Source: a bacterium (GTDB taxonomy: Bacteria; BMS3Abin14). Taken from it: 19,123 bases of DNA. Positions 16,709 through 19,123 of this stretch are shown piece by piece. The notes beneath the pieces were generated by a model. That model saw only the letters and a program-made list of their open reading frames with translations, had not been told where the DNA came from and did no database searches. Each line of letters opens with the position of its first letter. The stretch's first letter is position 1. The stretch spans positions 1,673,985 through 1,693,107 of the forward strand of contig CP070698.1 in assembly GCA_020349685.1 (NCBI GenBank). The letters are read 5' to 3'. Position numbers and translations under genes: made by a program.

Positions 16709-17128
16709 ATGCGAGACATTGAATCCGTCATACAGAGATTCCGTGAAGCCGGTCTTAAGATCACTCCCCAGAGACTGAGCATCTTCAGGCTTCTCAAGGA
16801 CAACCACACCCACCCTTCGGCTGAAGATATCTACAGGGAGATCCTGAAGGTTCATCCGTCCATCTCTTTTACGACAGTATACAAAACACTGCAGACACTC
16901 AGGGACATGGGTGAGATCCAGGAACTGAGCATCAACCCGGAAAGGGCCCACTACGATCCCGATATCACCGAACACGCCCACACCTTTTGCCGATCGTGCA
17001 GACAGATCGGTGACATGGCCCTCCCCCTTAACGCCCCTCTTGACTTGAAACTGCCGACGGAACAGGGGGGGTTTAAGGTTCACGCCCTCCAGGTCCATGC
17101 GGTGGGCCTGTGCGGGGAATGTGGATAA
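16709..17128 (+). CDS. Fur-family regulator, PerR-like
   Basis: GLKITPQR, HPSAEDIY, TTVYKTL, HYD...HAH..CRSC..IGD, C-terminal CGEC. Metal-ligand pattern resembles PerR. Start set at ATG 16709 after GAGGA (track: 16679). Confidence 0.9.
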   Translation: MRDIESVIQRFREAGLKITPQRLSIFRLLKDNHTHPSAEDIYREILKVHPSISFTTVYKTLQTLRDMGEIQELSINPERAHYDPDITEHAHTFCRSCRQIGDMALPLNAPLDLKLPTEQGGFKVHALQVHAVGLCGECG

Positions 17129-17130
17129 GA

Positions 17131-17200
17131 AGTACCCAGTACCCAGTACTCAGTACTCAGCGCTCAGGACACAAAACCCAAAACCAAAAACTAAAAACAA
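17131..17200. repeat. Ten in-phase heptamers with drifting unit
   Basis: agtaccc x2, agtactc x2, agcgctc, aggacac, aaaaccc, aaaacca, aaaacta, aaaacaa. Confidence 0.85.
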
Positions 17201-17225
17201 AGCAAAACCAGTTCGGAGGTATGTC

Positions 17226-17333
17226 ATGGCAACCTTCAAGTGCAAGGAATGCGGCGAGACGAAAGAGGGCCGGTGCAAACCCAGAAAGTGCCAGGCCTGC
17301 GGAGCGTCGGACAGCTTTGAGAAGCAGGAGTAG
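17226..17333 (+). CDS. 35-aa rubredoxin-like protein (RCKP type)
   Basis: RBS GGAGGT; MATFKCKECGETKEGRCKPRKCQACGASDSFEKQE has two CxxCG motifs and an RCKP motif. Confidence 0.88.
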   Translation: MATFKCKECGETKEGRCKPRKCQACGASDSFEKQE

Positions 17334-17338
17334 GAACC

Positions 17339-17474
17339 GGTGACTGGTGACTGGTGATTAGTGACTGGTTAAAACAAAAGCAAAGACACGGGTCGTTGGA
17401 AACAAGACCAGTGATACGAGATTTGAGGTTATTTACATCAGCTACCAATCACCAATCACTAATCACTAATCACT
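17339..17474. repeat. Inverted pair of heptamer arrays (RGTGAYT x4 and AATCACY x4)
   Basis: 17339-17366 and 17447-17474, between convergent stop codons. Confidence 0.85.
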
Positions 17475-18237
17475 CGACCTCCACCACCATCCCGTCCTCT
17501 GCCACGACCACTTCACCGTCATAGAAGGCCATCGATTCTCTGAGTATAGCTTCAACCCCTGCCCCAGGATTAATATGACACAGAACCAGCATCCTGGACC
17601 CGCACTGCCGGGCAAGGTCCCCCGCCTGGCCGGGGTTCATGTGGCCTTCCAGGACCTCCCCCGGAGCTGCCGCGGATTCGGCTACGAGGACGTGGTCAGC
17701 CCGTCTTGCCAGTTGGATCAGCTCATCGGTGGACTCTCCGTCACCGGTTAGGACGACCCCGCAACCACCTCCTCCTTCGCTGTCGATGCGCCAGGCGAGG
17801 TTGGGAACGCCGTGGGAGGTGGGAGCGGCATCCAGCAGCCATCCTTTCCAGTTGACAGCGCTGCCGGCCCACTCGTCGATGAGGAGCTCGTATCCGGCCG
17901 GCTCCACCCGTTTTTCCCAGGTGGCCTGAAGCTTTCCGTAGTGGTCCCTCATCCCCTCGGGACCGAGGATCCACAAAGGCGCTGTCCTGGACAGTTCCCT
18001 GGAACGAAGGGCGAAGAGGAAAGGGGCAAGGTCCGCGCAGTGGTCCATGTGAAGGTGAGTGAAAAGAAGCAGTTCGACATCCGGGAGATGGACGCGGCCG
18101 TGTCTGGCAAGACCCCAGATGGATCCGGGTCCCAGATCAACAACAACAGTCCGCCCTTCACCCCTGATCAGGTGACAGGGGGCGGACCTCTCGCGCTGAG
18201 GAACGGCCGTTCCGGAACCGATGGTCATGTAATTCAT
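17470..18237 (-). CDS. Metallo-beta-lactamase-fold hydrolase, RNase Z/BN-like group
   Basis: IGSGT start, VVDLGPG, THLHMDH, TSH, LTGD, GHM, LVLCHI. Start set at ATG 18237 after GGAGGT (track: 18249). Substrate unknown. Confidence 0.88.
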   Translation of the reverse strand: MNYMTIGSGTAVPQRERSAPCHLIRGEGRTVVVDLGPGSIWGLARHGRVHLPDVELLLFTHLHMDHCADLAPFLFALRSRELSRTAPLWILGPEGMRDHYGKLQATWEKRVEPAGYELLIDEWAGSAVNWKGWLLDAAPTSHGVPNLAWRIDSEGGGGCGVVLTGDGESTDELIQLARRADHVLVAESAAAPGEVLEGHMNPGQAGDLARQCGSRMLVLCHINPGAGVEAILRESMAFYDGEVVVAEDGMVVEVE

Positions 18238-18320
18238 TGGACCTCCCATGACTCCGTATCGGGGTAAGGGTGTAGGGGAGATAAATGCTCAGCTCTGGAT
18301 GGAATGACACATCTCTGAAC

Positions 18321-18369
18321 CCTTTTACATTTTACCTTTTCCCTTTTACCCTTCCCCTTTATCCTTTTC
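18321..18369. repeat. Pyrimidine heptamer array CCTTTTM x7
   Basis: cctttta catttta ccttttc cctttta cccttcc cctttat ccttttc. Confidence 0.75.
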
Positions 18370-18393
18370 CCTGTCTTTTCCCTCTCCCTTTTC

Positions 18394-18423
18394 TTGACAG
18401 GTTCCCACCTTCTTCTCCATACT
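18394..18423 (+). promoter_or_regulatory. Putative sigma70 promoter of bamD
   Basis: TTGACA, 18 nt, CATACT. Confidence 0.55.
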
Positions 18424-18487
18424 AGGCGAAAATCGGATCTCACACCAGTCCGCTCACTGTCCCCTTTTGCCACCCGTGGAGGCGACC

Positions 18488-19123
18488 CTGAAAACGGTTT
18501 ACCGCATAGCTTTCCCGATTCTGATCCTGGCGATCGTGATGACCTCCTGTTCCAGGCCGGTTGTCGATGAATCACCGCCTGAAGAGAGAATTCGCCAGGC
18601 CCGCATCGACATGGAGAAAAAACGCAACGAGAGGGCCTACGAGAGCCTCGAGGGGCTGAGGCTCGTAACAGCCGGGACCCGGCTCGGCGGAGAGGTTCAG
18701 TTCCTGCTCGGGGAGGCCGCCTATAATCTGGGCAAGTTCCCGGAAGCGGAGTCTCACTACGAGGCCTATCTGAACGCCTACCCCGCCGGTCCCTTTACCG
18801 AAAAAGCGGTCTACAGGCAGGCCATTTCAAAGGTCAAACAGATCCAGAAAAGGAAGATAGGCCTTCTTTCCTTTAAAGCCTACATACCCCATGACCGTGA
18901 TATCTCCCTTCTGAGGGAGGCAAGGGTGCTTTTCCAGCTGTACGTGGAAAGATACCCGGATGGCGAGTGGGTCGCCGACGCAAACCGGCGTGCGGAAGAA
19001 CTTCTGACCAAGGAGGGCATGCACGAGCTGGAGATCGCCTCCTTCTACCTCAGGAAAAACAACCCCCTCGCCGCCATAAAGAGGGCAGGCAGGATCCTGG
19101 GTGGTGAATTTCCAGAGAAGATC
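18488..19123 (+). CDS. bamD: Outer membrane protein assembly lipoprotein BamD, truncated by the right edge
   Basis: Not in the ORF track. Open frame to the window end: signal peptide KTVYRIAFPILILAIVMTS-C, TPR-like QFLLGEAAY..AESHYEAYLNAYP, DRD, FQLYVERYPDGEW..DA, HELEIASFYLRK..PLAAIKR. Start codon uncertain. Confidence 0.88.
   Translation, partial: MKTVYRIAFPILILAIVMTSCSRPVVDESPPEERIRQARIDMEKKRNERAYESLEGLRLVTAGTRLGGEVQFLLGEAAYNLGKFPEAESHYEAYLNAYPAGPFTEKAVYRQAISKVKQIQKRKIGLLSFKAYIPHDRDISLLREARVLFQLYVERYPDGEWVADANRRAEELLTKEGMHELEIASFYLRKNNPLAAIKRAGRILGGEFPEKI

Noticed and set aside
17097-17225. N-terminal extension of the rubredoxin-like ORF in the track
   Set aside because: It translates the repeat array; the RBS places the start at 17226.
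15850-17333. Genomic island or prophage at tRNA-Leu
   Set aside because: The direct repeats are only 187 bp apart and no integrase, phage or transposase gene is visible.
17470-18237. Beta-lactamase resistance gene, or a firm rnz call linked to the tRNA repeat
   Set aside because: Motifs fit the RNase Z-like group rather than class B beta-lactamases, but the protein is short and its substrate cannot be read from sequence.
15890-18369. CRISPR array
   Set aside because: The repeats are 7-nt tandem units without spacers, and there are no cas genes.
18234-19024. Minus-strand ORFs 18234-18575, 18572-18757 and 18827-19024
   Set aside because: Antisense to bamD or translations of the pyrimidine array.

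Overview
GC-rich chromosomal window whose gene content resembles deltaproteobacteria (taxonomy is inference). Positions 1-15.6 kb are one minus-strand run: galU, hsp20, lon, REC-PAS histidine kinase, REC-GAF-PAS kinase with an aberrant H-box, PocR-GAF-HD-GYP phosphodiesterase, REC-DUF4388 protein, a 138-aa protein resembling a dead small GTPase, and a GAF kinase with a degenerate receiver. After a probable internal promoter comes a Dif-like chemosensory cluster (cheR, 44H MCP, cheW, cheY, start of cheA). The right part holds tRNA-Leu(GAG) followed by a structured repeat of its own 3' end and terminator, a 77-aa membrane protein, a PerR-like regulator, a 35-aa rubredoxin-like protein, an RNase Z-type metallo-hydrolase and the 5' part of bamD. 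The best candidate for an undescribed system is the coupled signalling operon rich in pseudo-enzymes. Also notable are an RtT-like tRNA-linked repeat and 7-nt-period arrays in most of the larger intergenic gaps. All domain calls come from reading motifs by eye; no searches were run.
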